Shown here piece by piece: positions 26,301-31,931 of a stretch of 50,638 bases of DNA (positions within the stretch are counted from its first letter, which is position 1; the number at the start of each line of letters is the position of its first letter). The notes below the pieces were generated by a model. The model saw nothing but the letters and a program-made list of their open reading frames with translations, ran no database searches and was not told where the DNA came from. The translations under genes and the position numbers were made by a program. Location of the stretch: positions 1 to 50,638 of IMG/VR virus record IMGVR_UViG_3300045922_000571. One strand, given 5' to 3'. This stretch comes from a virus. Lineage: Duplodnaviria > Caudoviricetes.

Positions 26301-26816
26301 CTCGCGGCTGGGAATCGGAGTGTACTGATCCAGGAAGGCGTCCAGATCGTCGAGCGATGCGGCGCCGTTGCCGGTTCCATTGCCGTTGCCGTTGCTGGCT
26401 CCGTTGCCGCTCGGCCCGCCGGAGCCGTTACGGTGCTTTTCGACCAGCGTCAAGGCGCGCTCGACGTCGCGCTCGGTCGCCCCGCCCGCTTCGACGCCCT
26501 TATAGGCCCGGAAGGCTTGCGCGACATCGCCGCCGTGGCGGTTGATGAGCTGGCTCAGATAGCGGACACCACCCTCGATGTTCTGGTCGAGATCCTCGCG
26601 GTCGATGCCGAGCTGGCGCGCCGTGCGCTCGGTGAACTGGAAGACGCCGCGCGCCCCGGTGGGAGAGGTAGCCGACTGGCGAAAGTCGGATTCGCTCTCG
26701 GCCAGCCCGAGAGCAATGGCCGGGTCGACGCCGTATTTGTTGGCGGCGCTACGGATTTTTCCGATGATCGCTTGGGAGTCGAACTGGTCGAGGAAGGCGT
26801 CGAGTTCGTCACGCAT
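11388..26816 (-). CDS. Giant 5142-aa polyvalent virion/ejection protein (DarB-like)
   Basis: N-terminal SLT (AANKYGVDP...ESESDF...SPTGARGVFQF...NIEGGVRYL). DdrB/ParB-like region (QGRQR...GAP...SGNGRT). GNAT (VAVVPSYRGRGIANAMY). N6-MTase (QQFSTP, LEPSAGVGGL, MNPPF). Strawberry-notch helicase (GDGTGVGKG, DESH, SAT, ELTGRK, QMLGRTHRTNQ). It sits in the P22 gp16-like position after the other ejection genes. Confidence 0.92.
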   Translation of the reverse strand: MRDELDAFLDQFDSQAIIGKIRSAANKYGVDPAIALGLAESESDFRQSATSPTGARGVFQFTERTARQLGIDREDLDQNIEGGVRYLSQLINRHGGDVAQAFRAYKGVEAGGATERDVERALTLVEKHRNGSGGPSGNGASNGNGNGTGNGAASLDDLDAFLDQYTPIPSREQLERLAADIDARRARIEALSKDLHQRRSELELAPVEVGRLSALLGRSGPKIVQPLVEGYQQRMNEFEAGRSALEAEVQALDQAAKQFELGRRLYEENLQRYAQGPIPGTERLGGQLPGVPQARAPIEPVPLDLLGTKPEQALYSAENAPLPGRLGKVGSEFLGSFVKGAIGLGTGLGQFIASQSQDSPVMRSIGNAIAATGETLENFFYQPQGEPETWAPEWWARVTGSAMGSMAGFAGSAAGTGAVVDRLVRLAGITGRAAQIANAAGMLATGSALETISQAGMDAAEAAKQGKTPEEAAEIARKSALYSAGPTVLFNALGLYDPRAASTVKRILWDAAMEVAQENSQQIASNYASGRPLDEGLLESTIGAGASVLIGEPILRRAHEAARERSQAELPEGAGAPAARPGTPPTAPPGPAVDLSKQTQQILDYLRSKSRPVTRQEILDELAISPRLTREILDELYDQGAVAVEDRNGRKYYSIAGQLPSMGPETPPGGQPGATAPTAQAPGAPGAPQDIEQLKSEALAIAQREGRIRRIGIQNALGVDRDTAARIMAELIRDQKLDSEGKFIGHAPPPLTTVAVGSQAQGETEYEAPEASALPEGRRGKVEEVVTPQGTPAQAQWVLADLAEDPVVVSHDLTGNENPLYPQQYQGRQRARTASRAQIEDLARNFDPEQAGPSRLASQGAPIDVVLPDGRMVTISGNGRTLAQRLMYELYPQRAAAYRDYLKRLAPQVGLDPAAVDAMKMPSLRRVLVGKVALGRFADESNAETVARRSPAELAASDAKKLTPDLLATFQPSESGDIGTQANAEFIRQFFDLAVPPAERGAYMDRDGQLNQDGERRLRNAIFAAAYGGDVSGVERMAEARDDTARRITDGLLRAAPQMARLEADIQAGALQPLSAARDIAAAARKLAYLRSRSQTVEDYLLQQPMFGRDLAPEGEAWLRVFDQYGNSPRQLAEILRAYADQVRAFGHPDQANLFGQVTVPGKLELIARAVDAVAGPGSAQRIIPQGIASPAAPAAPPAPQQAAPTPPSAPPAPQQAERPEPQPPPMAGFVKTPPRPAAEPASPAGRTPRFITAPPAIRQPGGLALPQIQPPPAAGPAPVPAPPAGGQQQPQRGAPVFLTRPPEIRRPASGLRAQQPVRAAAPEIEVFRSSRTPNAPIALNDKGVLYVTEDRDYSKAFGDYTQRLLISPKRTLDLSSRFEADEFVQPETLRSFLEENGVEVSAELDKRLRFAEPDGAELLQYFGDFAGEELAKALRKAGYDSAKINEWHGDTGKRATSYLLFDPSLARPAEDDFAASGGQIVTLPSPEGYVVIAAHPKASLGREQDAITGYLADYHLDGITGSKAWREQLAQRGLKPENVVGYARLAEGPKFGAISGRTPEASELVPLHVAVVPSYRGRGIANAMYDAAEQAHSARIGAPARVIPAPAQTESAKRLWKRREAIRSASEQPQAAPAAEASAAAEQIQEPERIRVAPARLNAGGDIWDAYSGDLLSSKKNPRIRRPFNWNGEQWVTVSISRSDVPGEGYHEAYRLRPAEEFQGSPKYDLRDPLGYYHGVKPSYRGKRYVLLGPPVHFVEGPEGEQAPPASAPARPRQRGPKAATPQLDLFAPPEAPAAPPEAPAAPPKSALEQEAEYEDLEYATAKYPMGAATGAHGRWSGQLVRLLATPGTSDDDIAIAVRMVDKFAAIAGPVIRSQNRPVTAREILEDLRDRTRAQAAKVQPGSVNWEERRASYERIAERAEQWLGRLTETPAPGRAGFVQTPLGPQQAAGEAARVEPQAFRPQPGQVQQPASGLRPQAPELALPMAETVPGAPPTPQQAAGEIVHVEPQAFRPQLGQVQQPASGLRPQEPPQAPPAPEEEAYEPPPPEGGKIRLDHGKSLESPPFRVGEFNYVVRVGVIGPQAPNPANRGKLYGTANFWSGGAPGDQIATRSPEGGWHPAGRTSPQFIAGVAEAFEREYQKLLEHVLPPEPPPEGGKIRLKWPQTVQGDPFRLDDSDYVITIEVIGPAAPNPADRNKLYARVLGWSTVFGVPRDTYATRTEDGWWRPYRSTDPEWVQEYAPVFEREYQKLREQVLPPEESAEQAAAPPPPPSAPPREGVELYQWMRNKEGGQAFGTRQKILPLNEYGFERYIKPTLRQGYAETLAEYRQRHPELTHYSIIDSGDGWRLSGVGSLEELRPRPSDPRWVIRVDSFQSPEAIRQGKTADSDLEPLESEAAPAPAPAPAPAPAPAPAPQPPAAPPKAEKIAVTGDTYRWRRMIAKLSGAKWDPNRKAWLVDNTEKNRRAIERMSRALKITEVIDTPAPQPAPQPAPAPAPPAAGGAGLAAGAPKRAWEGAQIQLGTDPQTGEPHYWTVKRDGDRVIATEEFNGIPTGERVWPSVQEFERETGYQWVDLERLDSQHPVVRALARAVGAVDLKGELHWYGSNEDHQQALAWLIGLQQAYVQTGDLDAAIERMAAQEPDLRHLADAARRARREPEAAGPLSRKDALLRLVRRIREAIESAEDIRLRLERIGEEIFGGTRAAGAFEMRDLYEAQEAAVNSWLRDHASRLIQMPFDEAARELRGVLSRLATETVRNQEQIDLQQFSTPPTIALLVAKLAEPRPDDVLLEPSAGVGGLAALLEPLVARTHLNEIDPQRAELAEAIGLPKATRHNAEVLNALLERDVRPTLIVMNPPFTRAAGGALKNLRYGFMHLDQALQRLQPGGRLVALLTGGRSGFERVEGAGINAPGARHYWERTVGHYNVLANVRLSGKEYAKYGTSMPVQVIVIDKTGPTPGATLAQQLANVAQGSYNSVEEAYEALRAILPGRILGADDAARPGVRPGATPGAAATQGGTDQASQGAPGRPESEAGQGGGAAPGLVGLPGVSGADQATGGGAGRPRLDDQGSLFGPHGELAGGAAGQQAGGVQHAEPTGHEPVEHSGQPLAETGPAERPPSSRPSRQPRRSRPVVIEPGSDLTAASGLSIDDLLDAATSALGGELAPEESSQKSPAPATPRFVTQPPPIKTQPGAKPKASSEALSKLDKAAQEAAARLRAKIRGQQLQSGIDPQDLIDAVTIGANYIVKGAVQFQAWSERMLAEAGDILKHFAAETKRTVASILREIHRYAAKVAARYGVTAEPTPPEEEIPENRVKIIPAPVAVDPEPDAGAFVIYRPSIQGSPHKGVLVETQAMATVKLPPLTYQPALPQELLDSGALSSAQMEAIVLAGQANETILPDGSRAAALIGDGTGVGKGRIIAGIALDNWNQGRRRIIWVSDNWRLIEDAQRDLNDLGHSYLASTIKRADKFPYGVPIQHEGVLFAPYSFLRSRDRKERARIDQIIDYVRGQDDGEGAVVLFDESHNLKNAIPSGRQQPSDTGKAVRKLLEQVPRSRTTFLSATAASELSNMGYLSRLGLWGPRTPFPHGFSEFQLQLSRGGMSAMELLARELKIRGRYISRTISYKGVVLREDAVHPLNEDQKAIYRNAAAAWREVMKWVEQGLQVTETGPRGRANFMSQFFGAQQRFFNLLLTAMKIPTAVEHAHQALAQGYSVVISLINTNEAAQEREKARRKAAEEEGEGTEESDDLDFGPKDILITLIQQHFPVQQWEVQLDPATGKPVRVPLVDEAGNPVINPEAERLRDELLAKLRQELALPKNPLDELIEALGGPAQVAELTGRKERYDPATGKFVPRGEKGMARQKVNIAEAAAFQEGKKRVAIISNAASTGISLHADNTKPNRQKRLHITLQVGWEADKAMQMLGRTHRTNQAHAPEYLMVVSDLGGEKRFISTIARRLGSLGALTKGSREAAGANADLIAKVNFQSDQGEQAADAFYAYMLRNRLIAPELTGHDVLSQMGVLRTRDGQVYVEDQDRRNVNRLLNRLLALDPDVQNTAYNIYYDLFEQAVQKAIEDGTLDVGVRQLHGERPRILSKQVLAVDDQTGAETIHYVVETQVRTERISFDQLQPIIQAHAKQGNFYITEGRGGKPDEIAYAFPAPDIVHADGRVEPAHYVVRPDRARTKVPQASFYRKSLAQYLNDLKSELSFYKETIERYERQKADAVDRLDKAYYEDKIERAREKEAIAKAKLEQFEGAEGEQAARIFWQKAYESIPEFRPERHDLLGGTVLRWWGRIQDAGVRGIYAVQDSESGERIVGVEVYPTQLQNLIAAISQGRSITPQQVWNDVLSNGTPYQLANGVRLTRGRVARNTVIQVHPGAYTGRLRELGVRYERGVVPIYYITSNDEGFQVLKRILEEFPAELSRGMETEPESGMEGGERGAATVDFLLFGAQLIRDGIVKFSEWSKRMLARFGEAVRRQLVRLYFEAKRLWRDTSGQSRIEIEALTALAEHAQRLARGIRSEVGARARRSAVAALLEEVFLPLDVRLERQGGGAGKALMDALRRANDWGEVSAGKRLLRLGDSGLAQLSREQRWNLLDVLEGRDDAMDDQVQQAYRVIRQITDELADEAEDLEVLVRNTEGQRRLFARRSDYYPHVIRHIDALRSGPVRRDVIENLVRLKVEPDAKHASLLLDEYIAFIETGGRRQKLIEYLMRTRQARSRDEALQKLLRFRAQMHRHGSLEYAREIDLPFYDPDPARVLPTHVASASIRLAQIAELGQDNQVVARLIRRIADAGGNADWVDQAVRRILGQANAADSNMERASRWLRALQTAKLGLAAIPNATQGVLNSLLAADFPALAMGIRAALGKPGRRLAVESGATIDPVLHEPIRELAGSVRAFERYLKAVGFSATERANRIVAANVGAVYAERLLAKLVRNPRNARARRALLELGIDPDAALARRRLTADEVLMAAKRFSDLTQFRSRPQDHPAWASTNWGKVFFQFKTFIYGQTRLLYRSLVEEARRGEFGRAFRNLFILSVLFPLTGEAILALRNLITGRERDAEGLRRWLEDAAAVGSLGIVWDMIESAERRKPLEFVFGPSAGMAADVMQTVLTQPGDAEAWKRLAYRHAPLGPVVQRLVEGPQ
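17420..17875 (-). CDS. Nested overprinted gene (151 aa) in an alternative frame inside the giant ORF
   Basis: GAGGAGG lies just upstream of ATG 17875. Codons end mostly in G/C and the sequence looks globular (KLAKEAALRLAWLAYLEYPEQTKQLAEELGVPVWTIKEAFL), while the host frame here is a G/A/P/Q-rich linker with many A/T-ending codons. Confidence 0.72.
   Translation of the reverse strand: MKPSGQSSRDEFWAQMMQRGREFDQVPRPERPQPKVELTKQAKERLGGLNPKLAKEAALRLAWLAYLEYPEQTKQLAEELGVPVWTIKEAFLVPMESWPAELLVNKLEEFNTPNQLDMSQLNIAGNHWPKLDPPSVLRALVRAANPDVADL
20040..20680 (-). repeat. Tandem duplicated domain of about 105 aa within the giant protein
   Basis: PPPEGGKIRL...PFR...Y...VIGP.APNPA.R.KLY...W...D..ATR...G.W...FEREYQKL.E.VLPPE occurs twice. 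Confidence 0.85.
20729..20980 (-). repeat. Near-identical direct repeat of about 100 bp within a linker of the giant ORF
   Basis: QQAAGE...VEPQAFRPQ(P/L)GQVQQPASGLRPQ twice, at about 20729-20827 and 20883-20980. Confidence 0.85.
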
Positions 26817-26851
26817 GGGAATTGCCCCGGTGGTGAGGTGGATCGGTTGCG

Positions 26852-28267
26852 CTATTGGACCAGGCCCTGGCGGCGCGCCTTGGCCAGTGCTTGCTCAATC
26901 TGCTCCGGAGTGAGTCCGCGCTCGCGTGCGCGCTGGCGGAACTGCTCTTCGGTATAGGCGGGCGTGCCGGCGGTGCGCCCGGTAGAGGCATCCACTTGGC
27001 GCGGCTTGCCCGACGGAGTCGCTACTGCGCCGGGCGCGGAGGATCCCGCTTCGCCACCCAGCAACTGGCGGCGCTCGTCCGCAATCTGCTTCTTGCGGTC
27101 GAGGATGCCCTGCCAGCGCTCGCTCGCCGCGTCAAATTCGGCTTGGTAGCGGGCGCGCTCCTCCGGAGTGATATCGACGGATTTGCTTTTCTTGCCCGGG
27201 CGAGTCTTGATGTGCTTGCCGGTGCGCAGGATATCGCCGAGCTTGAGGCGCTTCTCATCGAGCGGAGCCTGCTCGCGCTCCAGGCGCTGCTCTTCGGCCT
27301 TGAGCGCGCGGAGGCGCTCGGTGCGGCTCTGTTGCTCTCGGCGCGCTTGCTCCTCCTGCCGGTCGCTCCGGCGGGCAGCGTCACGTTCGGCCCGCTGCTG
27401 CTCGACCGCCCTGTTGTGCCGCTCGGTCTCCTGGCGCGTGGCGGCGCGGTCTTGGGCGGCTTTGCGCTCTTCGGCCGTCATGCCGAGCCGCTCGGCTTGC
27501 TCGACCGCGCCTGTGTAAGGGACGGTCGGGAACAGGTTCCGGAGCCGCTCCGGCAGCACGCTGCGCAGTGCGTTCCACTGGCTGGGAGTCTGGGCCGCGC
27601 CCGGCGCGAGCTGACCCGCCAGCCGGAACTGCTTGGAGGCGCTCTCGGCTTCGTAGCCCGGCAAGCGCGCCGCATGCTCGGCTTTGGCGCGCTCTTCCTG
27701 GGCGCGCTTGAGCGCCGCGTCGATCTGCTGCTGCGCGGTCAGCGCCTGCTCCTGGAACTGCCGCACCATCGCCTGGGTGCTGGCGTCCCACTGGCGCGGC
27801 AGCTTGGCCGCCTGATCGGTAGTGATCAGGCCCTCTTCGAGCGCCTGCGAGATGGCCCGCTCCCAAGAGGGCTGATCGACCGCCGATCCAGCCAGTGAGC
27901 CGAGCCGCCCCGCCCGGGCGGCGTCAGCTTTGAGCCGCGACTCTTCGGCCTCCGAGAGCGCCTTCTGTTGCGCCAGCCAGTTCTTCTGCACATTGATGGC
28001 GGTTTCCGGGTTGAGCCGGTAGAGGTCGGCGAGCGCCCCTTGGCGGTTGAGCGTGCCTTCGGGGGTGATGTGCCGCCGGAAGATATCCCGGATAGCCTCC
28101 TCTTCGGCCTGCTTGCGGCGCAGCTCTTCGAGCTTGAGGCGCTCCAGCTCGTCGTTGCGCACGAGTTCGCGCAAGGCGAACGCGCGGGCTTGCGCCGCCC
28201 ACGGGTCGGGCATGCGCAGGTAAGGCGGCGGCTCGACAGCCAGAGGGATCGATGGATTGATGGGCAT
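26852..28267 (-). CDS. Ejection/DNA-transfer protein (P22 gp20-like position)
   Basis: MPINPSIPLAV N-terminus, Q/A/E/R-rich coiled-coil with a QETERHNRAVE motif; lies between the gp7-like gene and the giant gene. Confidence 0.7.
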   Translation of the reverse strand: MPINPSIPLAVEPPPYLRMPDPWAAQARAFALRELVRNDELERLKLEELRRKQAEEEAIRDIFRRHITPEGTLNRQGALADLYRLNPETAINVQKNWLAQQKALSEAEESRLKADAARAGRLGSLAGSAVDQPSWERAISQALEEGLITTDQAAKLPRQWDASTQAMVRQFQEQALTAQQQIDAALKRAQEERAKAEHAARLPGYEAESASKQFRLAGQLAPGAAQTPSQWNALRSVLPERLRNLFPTVPYTGAVEQAERLGMTAEERKAAQDRAATRQETERHNRAVEQQRAERDAARRSDRQEEQARREQQSRTERLRALKAEEQRLEREQAPLDEKRLKLGDILRTGKHIKTRPGKKSKSVDITPEERARYQAEFDAASERWQGILDRKKQIADERRQLLGGEAGSSAPGAVATPSGKPRQVDASTGRTAGTPAYTEEQFRQRARERGLTPEQIEQALAKARRQGLVQ

Positions 28268-28276
28268 GGCGGCACC

Positions 28277-29368
28277 TCAGAGTCCGTTGGCCGTGGCGAG
28301 CCGGAACAGGTCCGGATACAGCTCGCGCAGGCTGCCGGTGGGCCAGAGCAGCGGATTCGCCGCCGGCGAGCGCCGCACCGGGAGCGCGGAGAGATCGGCA
28401 ACCAGGCCGCTGGCGCTCGGCGGGCGGATCAAGTCGCGGAGCTGGTAGTAGCCTCCGATATCCATGGCCGTCTGCCCGAGGCCTCCGAGCATGCGGTTCC
28501 AGGCGTTGGCTGCGCCGACATGGCCCGCAGCCTCCGCGTTGCCGCGGCCCATGTAGGCATCGGCGGCCGATTCGGCCGCTCCCATGCGCAGCCGCGCCGC
28601 GTCGCTGGCGCTGCCCATGCGGGCGCTTCCGGCGTACATCGAGCCGCGCATCCCGGCGTCTCCGGCGTACATCGAGCCGCGCATCAGGTTATCGGCGACG
28701 TTGCCGCCGTACCAGGTGCCCAGCCCTAGAGCCTGCTGCGTGGCGCGCTGTCCCATCCCGGCCAGGTCGCTCAGCATCCGGTAGCGCTGCGCCCGCTGCT
28801 CCATGAAGCGATTGAAGGCGTTCTGATACTCCTGCGACGCCATGCCCTGGGCATAGCCGGTCAGCGCCTTGAGCGTCTGGCCGCTGTTCAACATGCCGCG
28901 GAGCGCCCCGGAGCGCTCCAGCGCCTTCTGGCCTTGCTCCAGCCGGAACTTGTAGCCCGGGTCTTCCTGGTAGTCCTCCATCGAGAAGTTCCGGTTGAAC
29001 TCCCCTTCGGGCGCGAGAAGCTGGCCGAGGTAGTCGGTCGAGCGGGCGCCGACTTGGGCGTAGGGTTCGATCCGCGCAAGGACGTCGCGGTAGACATCGC
29101 CGAGAGTGCGGTTGGCTTCGCCTGTAGCGCCCAGCACGCCCTGCGCGGCGCGTTCGGCCGCTGCGGTCGCGTCCGTGGCGGCGCGCTCGCCGGCATTGAG
29201 CACCCAAGGCGTGACTTCCCCGGCTGTGTCGAGTACGGTCTTGGCGGCGCGCTCGGCGGCCTCGCTTTGCGCCTTGGCGGCGTTCTTGGCGGCGCTGCGC
29301 GACAGCAGACCTCCGGCAACCGAAGTGCCCGCGCTGATGAGCGCAGGAATGGCTACTGCTGCTGGCAT
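28277..29368 (-). CDS. Ejection/pilot protein (P22 gp7-like)
   Basis: Hydrophobic A/G-rich N-terminus; DPGYKFRLEQGQKALERSGALRGMLNSGQTLKALTGYAQGMASQEY motif. Confidence 0.8.
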   Translation of the reverse strand: MPAAVAIPALISAGTSVAGGLLSRSAAKNAAKAQSEAAERAAKTVLDTAGEVTPWVLNAGERAATDATAAAERAAQGVLGATGEANRTLGDVYRDVLARIEPYAQVGARSTDYLGQLLAPEGEFNRNFSMEDYQEDPGYKFRLEQGQKALERSGALRGMLNSGQTLKALTGYAQGMASQEYQNAFNRFMEQRAQRYRMLSDLAGMGQRATQQALGLGTWYGGNVADNLMRGSMYAGDAGMRGSMYAGSARMGSASDAARLRMGAAESAADAYMGRGNAEAAGHVGAANAWNRMLGGLGQTAMDIGGYYQLRDLIRPPSASGLVADLSALPVRRSPAANPLLWPTGSLRELYPDLFRLATANGL

Positions 29369-29371
29369 GAT

Positions 29372-29848
29372 TTACTCCTTCTCGGGCGGGCTGAGGCCCA
29401 GCAGGATCTGGTCCTCCAAGCGCCCGCCGCGCAAGAAACTCTTCTCGTTGACCCCCCAGATCCGCATCCCGGCGGCCTCGGCGAAGCGGAGCGCGAGCCG
29501 GTTGGAGGCCGGAACGGCGGTGATCAGCCTCCGGCAGGGTGTCTCGCGCCACAGCCAGGCCAGGAAGGCCCGCGCTGCCCGCCGCGCGCGCTCGCCCCAG
29601 GCGTGCGGCAGAAGCGCCGTGTGCACCTCCCAGCAGACGCTGTTGTGCGGCACGAGCAGCCACAAGCCAAGCAGCTCGTCGCCATCCCAGGCCAGCACGT
29701 GCCAGATCGCAGGATGGTCCGGCGGCTCGAACTGCTCCGGCGGCGGCGAGCCGTCGTCGCTGATGTGCGGCCAGATGCGCGGATGCGTCAGGATGCGGCG
29801 GACAAGCTCGAGATTTTCGGTTCGCTCGAAGCGGAGGTCAGAACACAT
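29372..29848 (-). CDS. GNAT-fold protein (DUF2824 / P22 gp14-like)
   Basis: WEVHTALLP.AWG...RRLITAVPASNRLALRFAEAAGM..WG; conserved position before the ejection genes. Confidence 0.78.
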   Translation of the reverse strand: MCSDLRFERTENLELVRRILTHPRIWPHISDDGSPPPEQFEPPDHPAIWHVLAWDGDELLGLWLLVPHNSVCWEVHTALLPHAWGERARRAARAFLAWLWRETPCRRLITAVPASNRLALRFAEAAGMRIWGVNEKSFLRGGRLEDQILLGLSPPEKE

Positions 29849-30479
29849 AGTTCTGCTCCCCAGGGGGCGGCTGCCCGTCTCCGGAAATGCAAGGCGTGCC
29901 AATTGCTCCGATACGATTCAGCCACCAGCACTGAGCGGCGCCGTCGCATTGCCAAGAGACAGGGCCCGTCACAACGCTGTCCCACCAGCACTGGGCTGCC
30001 CCTTGACAGTCCCAATCGTCCGCCACGATTGCGCCCAGGGTGTTCCAGGAGCACTGGCTAGCGCCATCGCAGTTCCACTCTGCGATCTGGTAGCCCAGCC
30101 AGAGGCACTCTGCGGTACCGTCGCACTGCCAAGCACCGTTCTGCAGCGGCAGATCCCATTGGAGACTTCCTCGGCCGTCGCTCCGGAAGCGGCCACGGAG
30201 CCGCTCCGGGTCGTAGGCGATCTGAGCCGACAGCTCAGTGGTCCGCGCTCTGGTGTCCGGGGCTGCGTAAACCGCTGCGGCCGAAAGCTGCGTTGCTCTC
30301 GCGTTGACCGCAGCCGACGCGTTCGGGTCGTAGATGACCGCAGCGGAAATCTCGGTGGTTCGCGCATTACGTTGCGGCTGAAAATACGCAACCGACGCCG
30401 AGAGTGCGGTAACCCTGGCCCTTCGGGTTGGAGCCCCGTATGCGACCGCAGCCGACTCTTGGGTGCTCCGGTTCGCCAT
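29838..30479 (-). CDS. Repeat-built tail-associated protein (5 R.T..SA...Y repeats and 4 WxCxGxxxCxW repeats)
   Basis: Both repeat sets are visible in the translation; gene lies in the tail module. Confidence 0.7.
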   Translation of the reverse strand: MANRSTQESAAVAYGAPTRRARVTALSASVAYFQPQRNARTTEISAAVIYDPNASAAVNARATQLSAAAVYAAPDTRARTTELSAQIAYDPERLRGRFRSDGRGSLQWDLPLQNGAWQCDGTAECLWLGYQIAEWNCDGASQCSWNTLGAIVADDWDCQGAAQCWWDSVVTGPVSWQCDGAAQCWWLNRIGAIGTPCISGDGQPPPGEQNYVF

Positions 30480-31516
30480 TAAGTTACGGTTTCGACGCCT
30501 ACTTCGAGTGCATCAATCTCGGTCCTGGTCCATGCCGAACCCGTGTTGGGGTTGGTGAGCCAGATGCTCGCATAGTGGGCATAGCTAGATGCGAGGCTGC
30601 TGGTAGTTCCCGTGTAGTTGGCCCCCCCGGTGCGAACGAGGCTGCGGACCGAGCGCGCGCCGGTGTCATCCTTGCGGCTCCGGTGCTGCACGATCACAGC
30701 CTCGATCCCACTTTCGTTGCCGGCCATATCGCTCAGCGCCGAGAGGTTGATTTGACCCGGCGTGTCGCTCGAAATGTAGGTAGTGTCCTCGTCCGGGGTC
30801 TGTTCGTCGACGCAGTCCCACCGGTTGGCAGCGCCGTTGGCCGTCCATTGGAGGACGCTTCCATCCGCGTTTGGAAACAGCGTGCGGATGGCGCGTTCCG
30901 TCAAGTGGCCGTTAAAGTTGGCGCCTGAGGTGTCCATGATGAAGACGTCGTCAAATGCCCGCAGTGGATTCCCGTTCCCCAAAAAAATGTTGTTGACGTA
31001 GGCGTTGGCGGTGTTTTTTGTATTGACGTTCGTCAGGTTTAAGATCGTGTTTCCGGCGCCATCGCGCACTTCCACCACCCCGGTGGTGGCGTGGACGACC
31101 AGACGGATTGAAAGCCACACCCAGACGTTCAAAGGGAACACGTCGTTGGCATAGCCGATCTGGGTGCCATTGCGCGTTACTTGGAGATCCTTGCCGTTTG
31201 TGCCCGCCATTCGGAGATCGACTTGGGTGCTGGTCGAGTCGCGAAACGCCAGGACGATGCCCGTAGCGTCCGATAGACGCTCCACGGCGAGCGCCAGGTA
31301 GACTTCCGAGAGGTTCGCCGGCAAGTTCCAGGTGAGCTGGAAGAGGTTCACCGCGCTCTGCAACGCGTAACCGTGGTAGCGGCCGTTTACGCGCCCACCG
31401 GCGTTATTGAACGAACTGATCGACGCCCCCGACCAGGCATACAGCTTGTTCAGCAAGGAATGGAAACTGGTCGACGCGGGCAACTCGTCAAAGCTTTCGG
31501 CCACGAGCAATGCCAT
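30479..31516 (-). CDS. Tail-associated beta-sandwich protein (possible receptor binding)
   Basis: Start MALLVAESFD after GGAGG; N/T/S-rich; FDDVFIMD..G and TNPNTGSAWT..EIDALEVG motifs. Confidence 0.7.
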   Translation of the reverse strand: MALLVAESFDELPASTSFHSLLNKLYAWSGASISSFNNAGGRVNGRYHGYALQSAVNLFQLTWNLPANLSEVYLALAVERLSDATGIVLAFRDSTSTQVDLRMAGTNGKDLQVTRNGTQIGYANDVFPLNVWVWLSIRLVVHATTGVVEVRDGAGNTILNLTNVNTKNTANAYVNNIFLGNGNPLRAFDDVFIMDTSGANFNGHLTERAIRTLFPNADGSVLQWTANGAANRWDCVDEQTPDEDTTYISSDTPGQINLSALSDMAGNESGIEAVIVQHRSRKDDTGARSVRSLVRTGGANYTGTTSSLASSYAHYASIWLTNPNTGSAWTRTEIDALEVGVETVT

Positions 31517-31517
31517 G

Positions 31518-31925
31518 CTAGACCTCCGTGAACGTACCCCCGCCTGCGGGAATTTGGAACGTCTCCCCTGAGAGCACGGTCCGCGGCGTCGTGAAAGGCC
31601 CCCAGTAGAGCAGGTTGCCACCGCTTGCGGCGTCCCAGATGCCCGCGCCGACGAACGTTGGCATGTCCTGAGTGAATGCAGGCCACGATATCGCCGTGCC
31701 GTTGTGCTTTACGTTTCCGCTTGCGGCCGGAAAATTCGTGGCATTGTTGGTGACGGCAATTCGGGCGTAGCCGCCGCCGGAGGCCTCGACGCCGCCGACG
31801 CCCCCCTCCGTGGGCAACGTGGTGAAGAGACCCACGTAGACCGTTGCGGGGCGGCTGAAGTCCGGTCCGCCCAGAACGTGATTGAGCAGATTTTCAGCGA
31901 GATAGTAGGATTTTCCTCCTGGCAT
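31518..31925 (-). CDS. Small tail-fibre-associated protein
   Basis: SYYLAENLLNHVL...TVYVGLFT..P...E.SGGGYARIAV...GIWDAASGGNLL, a widespread phage tail motif. Confidence 0.8.
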   Translation of the reverse strand: MPGGKSYYLAENLLNHVLGGPDFSRPATVYVGLFTTLPTEGGVGGVEASGGGYARIAVTNNATNFPAASGNVKHNGTAISWPAFTQDMPTFVGAGIWDAASGGNLLYWGPFTTPRTVLSGETFQIPAGGGTFTEV

Positions 31926-31931
31926 TGCGTG

